Assembly (NCBI GenBank): GCA_015660865.1
Contig: JACTUA010000006.1
Location: 151,777-215,776 of the forward strand
Reading direction: 5' to 3'
Length of the DNA: 64,000 nt
Source of the DNA: Methanomicrobiales archaeon
GTDB taxonomy: Archaea > Halobacteriota > Methanomicrobia > Methanomicrobiales > JACTUA01
Shown here in pieces: positions 37,975-47,267 of the stretch. The translations under genes were made by a program, and so were the position numbers. Positions within the stretch are counted from its first letter, which is position 1. Each line of letters opens with the position of its first letter. A model generated the notes under the pieces. It saw only the letters and a program-made list of their open reading frames with translations. It did no database searches and was not told the DNA's origin.

Positions 37975-38297
37975 AACCGAAACCCACCCTTTTTCACCTT
38001 CGAAATCCTTAAGAATCAAAAAAGCGTTAGAATATACAGAACCCTGGTGTAATACCCTTTATTTGAGCGTATTATCGGGGTTGACGTGCAGGAAGGGATC
38101 CTCGCACCTCACAGGAACGGGAGTCGAACACATGTACCGCCAGACGAACATCGGAGGGACAGCCACCCCGAAGCCGTCCATGCCGATAACGCTCTTTTCA
38201 CGGTATACTCCCTGTGCCTGCGAATCTGTGAGGATCACGTCACCGGTCCCTGCGGAGGGGTCGAGAACCGGTACCGACAGTTGAGGAATTGGTCCAG

Positions 38298-39158
38298 ATG
38301 TTGAACGATCTCATCGAGAAGAGGAAGAAGACCCTTGCGGAATCCGAGCAGCACAAGAACCGGAGGAACGAGCTGAACGCCCAGGCGAGCAAGTTCGCCG
38401 GCGAGCGGAACGCGTTGAACGGCCAGACCCGGGGCTTCGTCGAGGAGGCCCAGCAGAACAAGGAAGCGAGGGACAAGTTCAATACCGAGGTCCAGGCGTT
38501 AAAAGAGCAGAGGAACGAGCTGAACAAGAAGGCGAACGAGCTCTTCGAGGAGCTCGAGGTCTACAAGAAGGAGCATGGCAACATCAGGAGCCGGGGCCTG
38601 AAGGAGCTCCAGAAGCAGGCCGAGTTCCTGGAGTTCAGGCAGCAGACCGAGGTCTTCACCACCGACAAGGAACGGGAGCTCATCGAGAAGATCAAGCAGA
38701 TGAAGGATTCCATCAAGGAGCAGGAGGCCGAGCTCGAGCAGAACAAGGAGATCCGGACCAAGCTCACCCAGGCCCGGGAGTTCCGGAAGGAGGCCTCCGA
38801 CCTCCATGCCAAGGTGACCGAGATGGCCGACCTCGCCCAGAAGCACCACGACTCCATGGTCGAGTGCTACAAGAAGGCGGACAAGTCCCGGGAGGCAGCC
38901 GACGAGGTCCACCGCCAGTTCGTCGAGGCCCAGGAGGCGGCCGATGCAGAGCACAAGTTCTTCATCGCCTGCCAGAAGGAGCTCCGTGACTTCGATAAGG
39001 TGATCAGCGGCCTCCGGAAGAAGACGGCGAAGGCCAAGGTCACGAAGGAGCAGAAGGCGGTGAGAAAGGAGGCCGAGCGGATCTTCAACCTCTTCCGGGG
39101 CGGCGAGAAGCTCACCACCGATGATATCCTCCTCCTCCAGCGTTCAAAACTCATTTAA
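38298..39158 (+). CDS. Archaeal coiled-coil protein (COG1340-like)
   Basis: 286 aa that are almost entirely heptad-like and Lys/Glu/Gln-rich (NELNAQASKFAGERNALNGQTRGFVEEAQQNKEARDKFNTEVQALKEQRNELNKKANELFEELE). Confidence 0.7.
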   Translation: MLNDLIEKRKKTLAESEQHKNRRNELNAQASKFAGERNALNGQTRGFVEEAQQNKEARDKFNTEVQALKEQRNELNKKANELFEELEVYKKEHGNIRSRGLKELQKQAEFLEFRQQTEVFTTDKERELIEKIKQMKDSIKEQEAELEQNKEIRTKLTQAREFRKEASDLHAKVTEMADLAQKHHDSMVECYKKADKSREAADEVHRQFVEAQEAADAEHKFFIACQKELRDFDKVISGLRKKTAKAKVTKEQKAVRKEAERIFNLFRGGEKLTTDDILLLQRSKLI

Positions 39159-39220
39159 TACCCCCTTTCCATCCCTTTTCCCGAACCGGCCTGCCCAAAG
39201 CCTATATAGGTTCCGCGACG

Positions 39221-40360
39221 ATGACTTATGAGAGAATGCAGGAGAAAAAGACCCTGGTCCTGTGCGTCGACCGGGACGATGATATCGGGTACAAGGCACA
39301 GATCGCGAGCCCGGTCATCGGGAGGGAGGCGTCCCTCGCCGCAGCCACTGCCCTCGCCCTCGCAGACCCGGAGGACTCCGATGTGAACGCCATCTTCCAG
39401 GGGATCCGGATCTACGACGACCTCGTCCGGAGAGGGGAGGAGGTCTCCATCGCCATCCTTGCCGGGGACCATACCGATATGATCCAGGGGGACCGGAAGA
39501 TCGCGACCGGCCTCGAACAGGTTATCCGGGCGACGGGGACAGCCTCGTGCATCCTCGTCTCCGATGGGGCCGAGGACGAGTTCGTCCTCCCGATCATCCA
39601 GTCACGGATCCAGGTGGCCAGCGTCAGAAGGGTGATCGTCTCCCAGATGCCGAACCTGGAATCCTCGTACTATACCATCAAGAAGCTGATCAACGACCCG
39701 AAGGTATCCCGGGTCTTCCTTGCGCCCATCGGGCTTGCCATGCTCCTCTACGCTGTGGCAACCCTCCTCGGGTATCCCGAGGGGGCGACGGTCATCGTGC
39801 TCGGGGTCGTCGGCTCCTATGTCCTCTTCCGGGTCTTCGGCATCGATGACGTCTTCGGCGCGAGGATCTCATCCCTCCAGTCATCCCTCGAGAAGGGGCG
39901 GTTCTCCTTTGTCACCTCCATCCTCGCCATCGTCCTTGCCATCATCGGGATCGTGCTCGGCTCGGCATCCGTCTTTGAGAACTATACCTCCGAGTTCTCG
40001 ATGGGCATCTTCCTCTATGTCATCTCCTTCCTCTACGGGTCTATCGGGTGGTTCACGGCCTCCGCCCTCATCGTCACCGCTGGCATGGTCATCGATGGCT
40101 ACATGAACGATCCGGCAGCCCTCCAGAGGGTAATCGTCCTTCCCTTCTTCGTGGGCGCCATCGGTCTCATCACCTACGGGGCGAGCATCTATACCCTCTC
40201 GGTCTCGAACCTGCTCACCTTCTCCTACACGCCCAGCCAGGGGTCCCAGCTCATCACCCTTTCGGTGGTCGGGGGACTCCTCGTGGCGCTGATCGGGGTC
40301 TATATCCAGTCTGTCATCGGCAGGTGGACACGGGGAAAAATCGGGATGGCCGCGAAATAA
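39221..40360 (+). CDS. DUF373 family membrane protein
   Basis: The N-terminal soluble domain reads LVLCVDRDDDIGYKA...ALADPEDSDVNAIFQGIRIYD...VSDGAEDEF. About 6 TM helices follow. Confidence 0.7.
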   Translation: MTYERMQEKKTLVLCVDRDDDIGYKAQIASPVIGREASLAAATALALADPEDSDVNAIFQGIRIYDDLVRRGEEVSIAILAGDHTDMIQGDRKIATGLEQVIRATGTASCILVSDGAEDEFVLPIIQSRIQVASVRRVIVSQMPNLESSYYTIKKLINDPKVSRVFLAPIGLAMLLYAVATLLGYPEGATVIVLGVVGSYVLFRVFGIDDVFGARISSLQSSLEKGRFSFVTSILAIVLAIIGIVLGSASVFENYTSEFSMGIFLYVISFLYGSIGWFTASALIVTAGMVIDGYMNDPAALQRVIVLPFFVGAIGLITYGASIYTLSVSNLLTFSYTPSQGSQLITLSVVGGLLVALIGVYIQSVIGRWTRGKIGMAAK

Positions 40361-40367
40361 CCTGCCT

Positions 40368-40820
40368 TCAGGGCAGATCCCCGAAGTACCCGAAGCCTTT
40401 CGGGATGGCACGCGCCCTGGTGAAGGCCACCATATAGCCGGGCGCATTCACCTTCACCAGGGGGAAGGTGACCCCGAAGCTGTGGGGCGGGAACCAGTAC
40501 GCCCTGTTCCCGTAGTCTTCCGAGGCGCCCTCAATGGTGAAGACGGCATGGGAGGGGCCCACCTCCCCGGCCTTCAGGGAGGGGAAATTGAGGGATCTCT
40601 CTACCTTCTTCTGGAGATCGCCCACGCCGAAGAGGAGGATGATCAGGTTCATACCGGGGTCGAGGGTGTAATCCACCTCGACCCTGGCATCTCCGTTGTT
40701 GAGCTGGATCCTCACCGCCTCAAAGGACACGTAGCCGATCCTGTTCTCATCGATCGCAAGTGCCGGAAGTACAAGCCCTACGAGAAGGAGTATGAAGAGA
40801 ACGCGGAGAGGCCAGCGCAT
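40368..40820 (-). CDS. Secreted hypothetical protein
   Basis: 150 aa with the signal peptide MRWPLRVLFILLLVGLVLPALA. I recognise no family. Confidence 0.5.
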   Translation of the reverse strand: MRWPLRVLFILLLVGLVLPALAIDENRIGYVSFEAVRIQLNNGDARVEVDYTLDPGMNLIILLFGVGDLQKKVERSLNFPSLKAGEVGPSHAVFTIEGASEDYGNRAYWFPPHSFGVTFPLVKVNAPGYMVAFTRARAIPKGFGYFGDLP

Positions 40821-41033
40821 GGCCCTTGAGTATCACCCATTCCACCATAAATCATTTACGGTTGCGTTCCTTGGCCTCCGTCGGAGATTCCTGAAGTACT
40901 ATATAAGAGGATCGTTTTGATCCACAATCAAATTACCCCGGATCGGGAGAAGAGGATGGGAGATCCCCCCCCGTTCCGGGAAAAACATCCCTGATCGGCA
41001 ATTCAGGCCGAGGAATGAAAGCCCGTCCCTTTT

Positions 41034-42623
41034 TCACGCCAGGCTGTAGTAGAGGGCGATAAAACCTATGATCACCGCCACGGCGTAGCCGAGGTACGCG
41101 AGGAAGAGAAGGGGGCCGGTGATGGTTGTCCGGGAGGCGAAGATGACGAGGGAAGAACCGACGACGAGGGCTGCCACAATGAGCCCGACGAGGACCTTGT
41201 CGCTCGACCGGTCCATGATGTGCTGGAGCCGCTGGAGGTCGGCGTCCGCGACCTCGAACTTGATGGCGCCCGTCGAGAAGCGCTTCAGGATGCTGTTCAG
41301 GTTCGTGGGCAGCTCGAACATCCCTTCGAGGGCCGTGGTAGCAGACTGGCGCGCCCTCCTCACGAGCTCCCTGCCGGCATAATCCTTCTCTTCGAGCTTT
41401 TCCACGTAGGGGCTGACATAAGAGCTGAAACTGAACTCGGGGTCAAGGCTCTTCCCGATGTCGGCCACCATCATGATCACCTTGAGCATGAGCATGAGGG
41501 TCATGGGGACCTGCATGTTGTAGCGGCGCATCACTGTGGTCAGTTCCTGGATCACCCGGGAGAAGTTCACATCCTTGAGCTCGAACTCGCTGTAGTCTAT
41601 GAGGGTGATGAACAGGTCGTCGCGGAGGCTGTCCAGGTGATCCGGCTTCACCCGGACGCCGAGCCGCTCGAGGGACCGGATCATCAGGTCCACGTCGTTC
41701 TCGAGGATGGAGAGGAGGAGGTTTATGAAGGTATGCCTTTTTTCGGGCCTGATGATCCCCATGATCCCGAAGTCGAGGAAGACGAGGTCCCCCTTCCGGG
41801 TGACGATGAGGTTCCCGGGGTGGGGATCGCCGTGGAAGAACCCGTCCTCGAAGATCTGCTTCATGTATGCATAGAAACCCTTCTTCCCGATCTCCCGGGG
41901 AGTGAGCCCGAACGCACGGATCCCCTCTAGGTCGTCGACCCTGACCCCTTCCACGTACTCCATGACGAGGAGCCGTGCGCCCGAGTATTTCCAGTAGATC
42001 TTCGGGCACCTGACGCCCGGCATCCCGCGCATGTTATGCCCGAGGCGCTCAGCGTTCTTCCCGTCCCGGACAAAGTCGAGCTCCTTCCGGATCTGGCTCG
42101 CGAAGTCCTGGACCATGCCGGTGGGGTTGTAGACCCTGAGGTCGGGGAAGACCGCCTCCACCCGCTTTGCGAGGGATTGGAGGATGACGAGGTCCTTCTC
42201 GATGATCTCGGCGATGTGCGGCCGCTGGACCTTCAGGGCGACCTTTGTCCCGTCCCGGAGTTCCCCGCGGTAGACGAGCGCGATGGAGGCTGAGCCGATG
42301 GGCTCCTCGTCTATGTGCGAGAAGACATCCTCGGTGCAGCCGCAGTACTCCTCGAAGATGGGCTTCACCTGGGAGAAGGGGACGGGCGCCACCCGGTCCT
42401 GGAGCTTGTGGAGCTCCTCGATGAGCTCCGGCGGGAGGAGCTCGGTCCGGGTGGAGGCGATCTGCCCGAACATGATGAAGGTCGGCCCCAGCTCCTCGAT
42501 GGCGAGCCGCATGCGCTCGTAGACCGGCCTCTTCTCGGGGAAGTGCTTCTGGAAGAACTTCCACTTCCGGACCCCGGGGACGAGCTCATCGATAGCGATC
42601 CCGAAGCCGTACTTCATGAGCAC
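41034..42623 (-). CDS. ABC1/UbiB/AarF atypical kinase family protein with C-terminal TM helices
   Basis: 529 aa with FGQIASTRTELLPPELIEEL, PIGSASIALVYRG and the kinase catalytic region FFHGDPHPGNL...LDFG. Confidence 0.85.
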   Translation of the reverse strand: MLMKYGFGIAIDELVPGVRKWKFFQKHFPEKRPVYERMRLAIEELGPTFIMFGQIASTRTELLPPELIEELHKLQDRVAPVPFSQVKPIFEEYCGCTEDVFSHIDEEPIGSASIALVYRGELRDGTKVALKVQRPHIAEIIEKDLVILQSLAKRVEAVFPDLRVYNPTGMVQDFASQIRKELDFVRDGKNAERLGHNMRGMPGVRCPKIYWKYSGARLLVMEYVEGVRVDDLEGIRAFGLTPREIGKKGFYAYMKQIFEDGFFHGDPHPGNLIVTRKGDLVFLDFGIMGIIRPEKRHTFINLLLSILENDVDLMIRSLERLGVRVKPDHLDSLRDDLFITLIDYSEFELKDVNFSRVIQELTTVMRRYNMQVPMTLMLMLKVIMMVADIGKSLDPEFSFSSYVSPYVEKLEEKDYAGRELVRRARQSATTALEGMFELPTNLNSILKRFSTGAIKFEVADADLQRLQHIMDRSSDKVLVGLIVAALVVGSSLVIFASRTTITGPLLFLAYLGYAVAVIIGFIALYYSLA

Positions 42624-42715
42624 GTCGGGGATGAAAGAGGTTGGGTTTCAACCGTTTCCTCTCTTCTTTGATACAGGTAATTCGATGCTCACGGTTATGG
42701 AGGCGATATATATTA

Positions 42716-42889
42716 TTGGGCTCTCGGGGGACTTCCGCCCCCGCTGCGGGCACCCCCCGTCGTGTATAGAGACACATGGTTGGCGGTTTTCTCTGGATGA
42801 TCTCATGCCCTGCGAAAGGTCCTATCCTCACGGAGGGGGACGCCGCAGCGGCGGGGGCGAGCCGGAGGCGACGCCCCCAGGAGCGTCCG
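42716..42889 (+). repeat. GC-rich extragenic palindromic repeat, copy C (L module, spacer, R module)
   Basis: L module: ttgggctctcgggggacttccgcccccgctgcgggcaccccccgtcgtgta. R module: aggtcctatcctcacggagggggacgccgcagcggcgggggcgagccggaggcgacgcccccaggagcgtccg. It lies between the MFS gene stop and the ABC1 kinase gene start. Confidence 0.85.
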
Positions 42890-42910
42890 CAAGATGAGGA
42901 CAAGTTCAAA

Positions 42911-44083
42911 TCAGCCTTCGCCGGATGGAGTTTTCCTTCCCCGCCATGGATAGGGCAGGATGATGAAGAGCGGGATGGCGAGGACCGTGATCAGAAAGAG
43001 GGCCCAGAACGCCCCCGCGAGCCCGACGGTGTCTCCTATCTCCCCGATGAGGGCCACGCCGAGGCCCCCGAACCCCATGGAGAGGCCGAGGAGGAGGCCC
43101 GAGGCGAGCCCGAGGTTCCCGGGGAGGAGCTCGTGGGCGATGGCGAGGGTCACCGAGAAGCTGGACCAGAGGAAGAAGCCGAAGAGCATCAGGCAGGCGA
43201 GGCCAATAAGACCTGGAAGAAGAAGGAACCCGGCGAGGAAGAGGGCGGTTGCGGCCATACCGGCAAGTATGGTCTCCTTCCTGCCCGACCGATCCGAGAC
43301 AGCTCCCCCCAGGACCTGCCCACCGACCCCGGCGAGGAGCGTGAGGGTGAGGAGGGTATTTGCCGTGAGAAGGTCGAATCCCTGCCCGGCGAGGAAGATG
43401 GGTAAGTAGGCGATGGACCCGAAGATCACCATGCCACGGAGGGATGCCCCGGCGACAAGGATGGCGACCGGCTTCCAGACCGCCGGGGGTATCCCAGGCA
43501 TGGTCCCTGTAACAGCCTCTACAGGGCGCGGCGGACGGGGAGGGAGGAGGACGAGGAGGGCCATGGCGATCGCGAGGGCGGGGAGGAACATGAGGAGGAT
43601 CCCCCCCTGCCCCAGGACCTCGATGGCGGCCCCCGCGGCGAGGGGCCCGAGGGCGAACCCCAGGTTCCCCCCGACCACGAAGTAGGAGAGGACCCGGCCC
43701 CGGTTCACGTCGGTGGACTCGCGGCCCGTCAGGGAGAGGGCCACGGGGTGGAAGGCCGCATGCCCGAGGGCCGCGATGCCACAGAAGAGGAGCATGACCC
43801 CGAAACCCGGGGCAACCCCCAGGAGGGAGATGAAGAGGCCGCAGACGAGGATGGAGAGGGATGGCGGGAGTTGCAGTCCCTTCCGGTCGTGAATCCAGCC
43901 GATGCCGGGCTGGGCAAGGGAGGATACGGCATTATACACCGTGACCAGGAGGCCGGCCGCGAGGTACGAGTACCCGAACCGGAGGATGAGAAGAGAGATG
44001 ATCGCGGGAAGTGCGGGGCCGTAGAGATCGGTGACAAGGTGGGCGACGGAGAGGCCCGCGACGGTGCGGGTGGACACCGGCAT
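42911..44083 (-). CDS. MFS transporter
   Basis: 390 aa with about 12 hydrophobic segments and the MFS loop motif GWIHDRKG between TM2 and TM3. Confidence 0.8.
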   Translation of the reverse strand: MPVSTRTVAGLSVAHLVTDLYGPALPAIISLLILRFGYSYLAAGLLVTVYNAVSSLAQPGIGWIHDRKGLQLPPSLSILVCGLFISLLGVAPGFGVMLLFCGIAALGHAAFHPVALSLTGRESTDVNRGRVLSYFVVGGNLGFALGPLAAGAAIEVLGQGGILLMFLPALAIAMALLVLLPPRPPRPVEAVTGTMPGIPPAVWKPVAILVAGASLRGMVIFGSIAYLPIFLAGQGFDLLTANTLLTLTLLAGVGGQVLGGAVSDRSGRKETILAGMAATALFLAGFLLLPGLIGLACLMLFGFFLWSSFSVTLAIAHELLPGNLGLASGLLLGLSMGFGGLGVALIGEIGDTVGLAGAFWALFLITVLAIPLFIILPYPWRGRKTPSGEG

Positions 44084-44087
44084 GGGA

Positions 44088-44699
44088 CTACCGCCTCCTG
44101 ATCCTCAGGATCTCGACCTCGATCTCGACCACATCATGCCGGTGGAAAGCGAAGGTTCTCTTCAGGGGGAAGATCCCCCCGACGGCAAACTCGATCTCTG
44201 CCCTGCCTGCCGTGTACGCCTCCAGGAATGGAATGGACCCTGAGTTGAAGATCCCGTACACGACCGGTGCAAGGGCGAGGGCAGCATCCACGAAGGGCCG
44301 GTCTGCATGGGGATCCTGGGCGCCGAAGGGGGGATTCATGATCACCGTGTCAAATGTTCCCAGCCCGTCGATCAGGCTGCGATCCCGCACATCACCCTGC
44401 ACGAGATCTATCGCTGCCTCAAAGCGGGCAGCGTTCCTTCGGGCAACCGCGAGGGCCCCGGGATCCAGCTCAACCCCGACCACCCTCCCTGAACCGAGGA
44501 GGGCTGCCCCGCAGGCGAGGACCCCGGTCCCGCACCCGAGGTCGCAGACAGCCTTCCCTTCAATATCCCCGAGGAGGTGTGCATGGTGGAGGAGCCGGGC
44601 AGCAAGGATCGCCGGGGTACTATACTGTTCGATGCGGGGATCCGGCCTCCCGAACCCCTCCAGCCCTTCGAGGGCTATCTCGAGGGTCCGGAGCTTCAT
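44088..44699 (-). CDS. METTL5/COG2263-type RNA methyltransferase
   Basis: It has SAM motif I (DLGCGTGVLACGA) and the catalytic NPPFG motif. Confidence 0.8.
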   Translation of the reverse strand: MKLRTLEIALEGLEGFGRPDPRIEQYSTPAILAARLLHHAHLLGDIEGKAVCDLGCGTGVLACGAALLGSGRVVGVELDPGALAVARRNAARFEAAIDLVQGDVRDRSLIDGLGTFDTVIMNPPFGAQDPHADRPFVDAALALAPVVYGIFNSGSIPFLEAYTAGRAEIEFAVGGIFPLKRTFAFHRHDVVEIEVEILRIRRR

Positions 44700-44700
44700 C

Positions 44701-45642
44701 TCACTCCCACTCGTCTATGGCATACTCTTCCCATGCCCGGGCCCCGCAGAGGATCTCGAATTCCTGGGGCGACAGGAAAGGCACGGGGTACCTCACCTGG
44801 TCATCGTACGCGAGGCGGGGGCAGGCGGTGTTCACGTAGCAGTCGAAACCGAGGTTCAGGAGCTCCTCGGGGGAGACCTCGCATATCACGACGATGACAG
44901 CCTTCTCCGATAGGGCAACGAGCCGGCGGGCGAGGGCGAGGCGCTGCTGGCCGCTCTTGGTCGAGAGGATGACCCCGATCCGGTCCGCTTCCTTCGCCTT
45001 CTCGATGAGGGCAAAACGCCGCCGCTTCAGCCTCTCGGCAGTCACCCGGCTGGCCGTCCCGAGATACGGGTCGAGGGCGACCACCCTCACCCCGGTCGCG
45101 AGCTGGATCCCTTCAGGATGGAAGAGGCCAGTCCCGACGTAGAGAATTTCACTGCATCCGGTCTCCCTTGCCCCCGAGAAGGAGCAGCCGAGGACCTGCC
45201 CGGGATACCTCGCCCGGCCGGAACCCCCGGATATAACAGCTTCAACCCCCCGATCCCTGAGGAACTCCACCATTCGGGGGATGAGATGAAGGTGCTGGGA
45301 GGTGGTGACAAGGCCGATCCGTTTCCCTGAAAGGAGGGGGATCGCCTCTTCCAGGACCTCCACGGGAAAGTCCATGGGATAGAGGTCATAGAGGATACCG
45401 GGCCGGTCATCGACGGGGGCATGTCCCACGTGTACCAGTACATCGGCGAGGGCGAGGGCGGGGAGGGGGAGGTCGCAGGCACCATAGCAGGGATCCCCGC
45501 TCACGATGACCTCGAAGCCTGCCTCCCGGAGGCCGAGGGCGAGCTCCGGGGCCCTCCTTTTAAGCCCCTCCGGGAACTGGAGGGCGACACTCTTCGCACC
45601 CCGCTCCCTGAGATCCCTGATCAGCCTAGAGAGATCTTCCAA
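44701..45642 (-). CDS. dph2: 2-(3-amino-3-carboxypropyl)histidine synthase Dph2 (diphthamide biosynthesis, radical SAM-type)
   Basis: The family pattern is VALQFPEGLKRRA...GDPCYGACD...VHVGHAP...TSQHL...GCS. The track ORF starts at 45705, but the in-frame TTG at 45642 (MEDLSRLIRDLRERGAK) matches homolog N-termini and reduces the overlap with hpt. The start remains uncertain. Confidence 0.85.
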   Translation of the reverse strand: MEDLSRLIRDLRERGAKSVALQFPEGLKRRAPELALGLREAGFEVIVSGDPCYGACDLPLPALALADVLVHVGHAPVDDRPGILYDLYPMDFPVEVLEEAIPLLSGKRIGLVTTSQHLHLIPRMVEFLRDRGVEAVISGGSGRARYPGQVLGCSFSGARETGCSEILYVGTGLFHPEGIQLATGVRVVALDPYLGTASRVTAERLKRRRFALIEKAKEADRIGVILSTKSGQQRLALARRLVALSEKAVIVVICEVSPEELLNLGFDCYVNTACPRLAYDDQVRYPVPFLSPQEFEILCGARAWEEYAIDEWE

Positions 45643-46177
45643 TGATATGCACCCGGGAGTTGACGACCTCGATATCGACGAGGGACTTGAAGGGCCTCCC
45701 CACATCGGCCCTCCCGCGACGGATGGCGACGCAGATATCCACGATATCGGCGCCGGTGTACTCCAGGGCCTGGATGAGGGCCCGCATGGTGCCGCCGGTG
45801 CTCACCACGTCGTCCACGATGACGACGCGGTCACCCCGTGCAACGCCGTTCAAGTAGAGCTCGCCCTTCGAGTAGCCGGTGGTCTGGTGGACCGCCACCT
45901 CTCCGGGGAGCTCGTACTTCCGCTTCCGCACGATGGTGAAGGGGATGTCGGTCATCAGGGAGAGGGTCGTCCCGATATGGATCCCCATCGCCTCTGCGAC
46001 CACGAAGAGCTTGACGTCCTGGAGGTCCAGGACCTTCACCATGGCCGTGCACACGTCCCGGAGGAGGGCCGGTTCCACCCGCGGTACCCCGTCGGTGATG
46101 GGATGGATGAAGTAGTCGTAGTCCCCCCTCTTCACGATGGGGCACTTTTCAAGAGATTCAACGAGTCTTTCAAGCAT
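45626..46177 (-). CDS. hpt: Archaeal hypoxanthine/guanine phosphoribosyltransferase
   Basis: MLERLVESLEKCPIVKRGDYDYFIHPITDGVP and the PRPP-binding loop VVIVDDVVSTGGT. Confidence 0.85.
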   Translation of the reverse strand: MLERLVESLEKCPIVKRGDYDYFIHPITDGVPRVEPALLRDVCTAMVKVLDLQDVKLFVVAEAMGIHIGTTLSLMTDIPFTIVRKRKYELPGEVAVHQTTGYSKGELYLNGVARGDRVVIVDDVVSTGGTMRALIQALEYTGADIVDICVAIRRGRADVGRPFKSLVDIEVVNSRVHIIGRSL

Positions 46178-47267
46178 GGATCTCACCCATGGCGCTGATG
46201 AAGGCCTCCACCTGGTCCCGGCTCACGTGGGGCATGCAGACGATCCTGAGATGCCCTTTTCTGGTCCGGGAGATCTGCCACCCGGGTGGGGTCCTGTCAC
46301 AGGTGAAGGTCGCAACGTTCACGTCCGGGGTCACGGCCCTCTCTAACCCGAAGGTCTCGAGCCCGGCGATGAGCCTCGCCGTGTTGGCCATGCACCCCTG
46401 CACGATCGAGCGCATTCCTTCCCTCCCGAGGAACTCGAGTACCGCAAAGGCCCCGGCAACCGGCCCCCCGGGCCGGGTCCCGGTGAGGGTATACTCCTTC
46501 TTCACGGTGAGGTACGGGGTGGCCACCGAGAGGGGCGAGAGCATCCCCTCATCCCGGACAAGGAGCGCACCTGCGGGTATCGGGGACATGCCCATCTTGT
46601 GGGGGTCCACCGAGATCGAACAGACCCCCGGGAGGGCGAAGTCGAAGGGGATGGGCTCCTCGAGGAACGGCACGACCAGGCCTCCGAACGCGGCATCGAC
46701 GTGGAAGAAGACCCCGCGGTCGACCGCGATATCAGAGAGGATCCTGATAGGGTCCACCATCCCGTACTCGGTGGTCCCCGCTATCCCGACCAGGCATGTG
46801 GTGTTCCTGTCGACCTGCTCCTCTGCCGCCTCTGCATCCATTCTGAAATTTCTGTCCAGGGGTACGGGGCGGATCTCGATCGAGAGGAGATCGCAGGCCT
46901 TCTCGAAGGAGAAGTGGGCCGACTCGGGAACGACCACGTTGGGATCCTGCACTCCCGCGAGCCCGCGTGCCATCCGGAGGACCTGGATGTTGGACTCGGT
47001 CCCCCCCGAGGTGGCATACCCACACGCCCCGGGGTGATGGAGGAGGTCCCCCAGGCTCTCGATCAGGAGGCGCTCGATACCGGCCGTGCCAGGGAAGAGG
47101 CCCGGATCTCCCAGGTTTGTCCCTGCGAACATGGCCTCAGCCTCGACAGCAACCGGGTGGGGGCGGGTGCACATGGAGGAGAGGATCCTCCCGTACTCCA
47201 GGTCCTCCCCCCGTCTGCGGGCGAGGAAGGAGAAGAGCTCCTCCCTACTGCGCCCCTTCTCGCGCAT
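46170..47267 (-). CDS. mfnA: L-tyrosine/L-aspartate decarboxylase MfnA (methanofuran / CoA biosynthesis)
   Basis: 365 aa PLP-dependent decarboxylase with ILSSMCTRPHP, TSGGTESN, HVDAAFGG and the PLP lysine in SVDPHKMG. Confidence 0.88.
   Translation of the reverse strand: MREKGRSREELFSFLARRRGEDLEYGRILSSMCTRPHPVAVEAEAMFAGTNLGDPGLFPGTAGIERLLIESLGDLLHHPGACGYATSGGTESNIQVLRMARGLAGVQDPNVVVPESAHFSFEKACDLLSIEIRPVPLDRNFRMDAEAAEEQVDRNTTCLVGIAGTTEYGMVDPIRILSDIAVDRGVFFHVDAAFGGLVVPFLEEPIPFDFALPGVCSISVDPHKMGMSPIPAGALLVRDEGMLSPLSVATPYLTVKKEYTLTGTRPGGPVAGAFAVLEFLGREGMRSIVQGCMANTARLIAGLETFGLERAVTPDVNVATFTCDRTPPGWQISRTRKGHLRIVCMPHVSRDQVEAFISAMGEIHA

Noticed and set aside
36628-38019. 463-aa minus-strand ORF.
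   Set aside because: It is antisense to cdrS and ftsZ, and the tubulin signature on the plus strand is unambiguous.
38059-38238. 59-codon minus-strand ORF with VLDPSAGTG, resembling SAM-methyltransferase motif I.
   Set aside because: A single short motif in GC-rich DNA is not enough. Only a GTG start is available and there are no further methyltransferase motifs. It is kept only as a possible gene remnant in the ftsZ downstream spacer.
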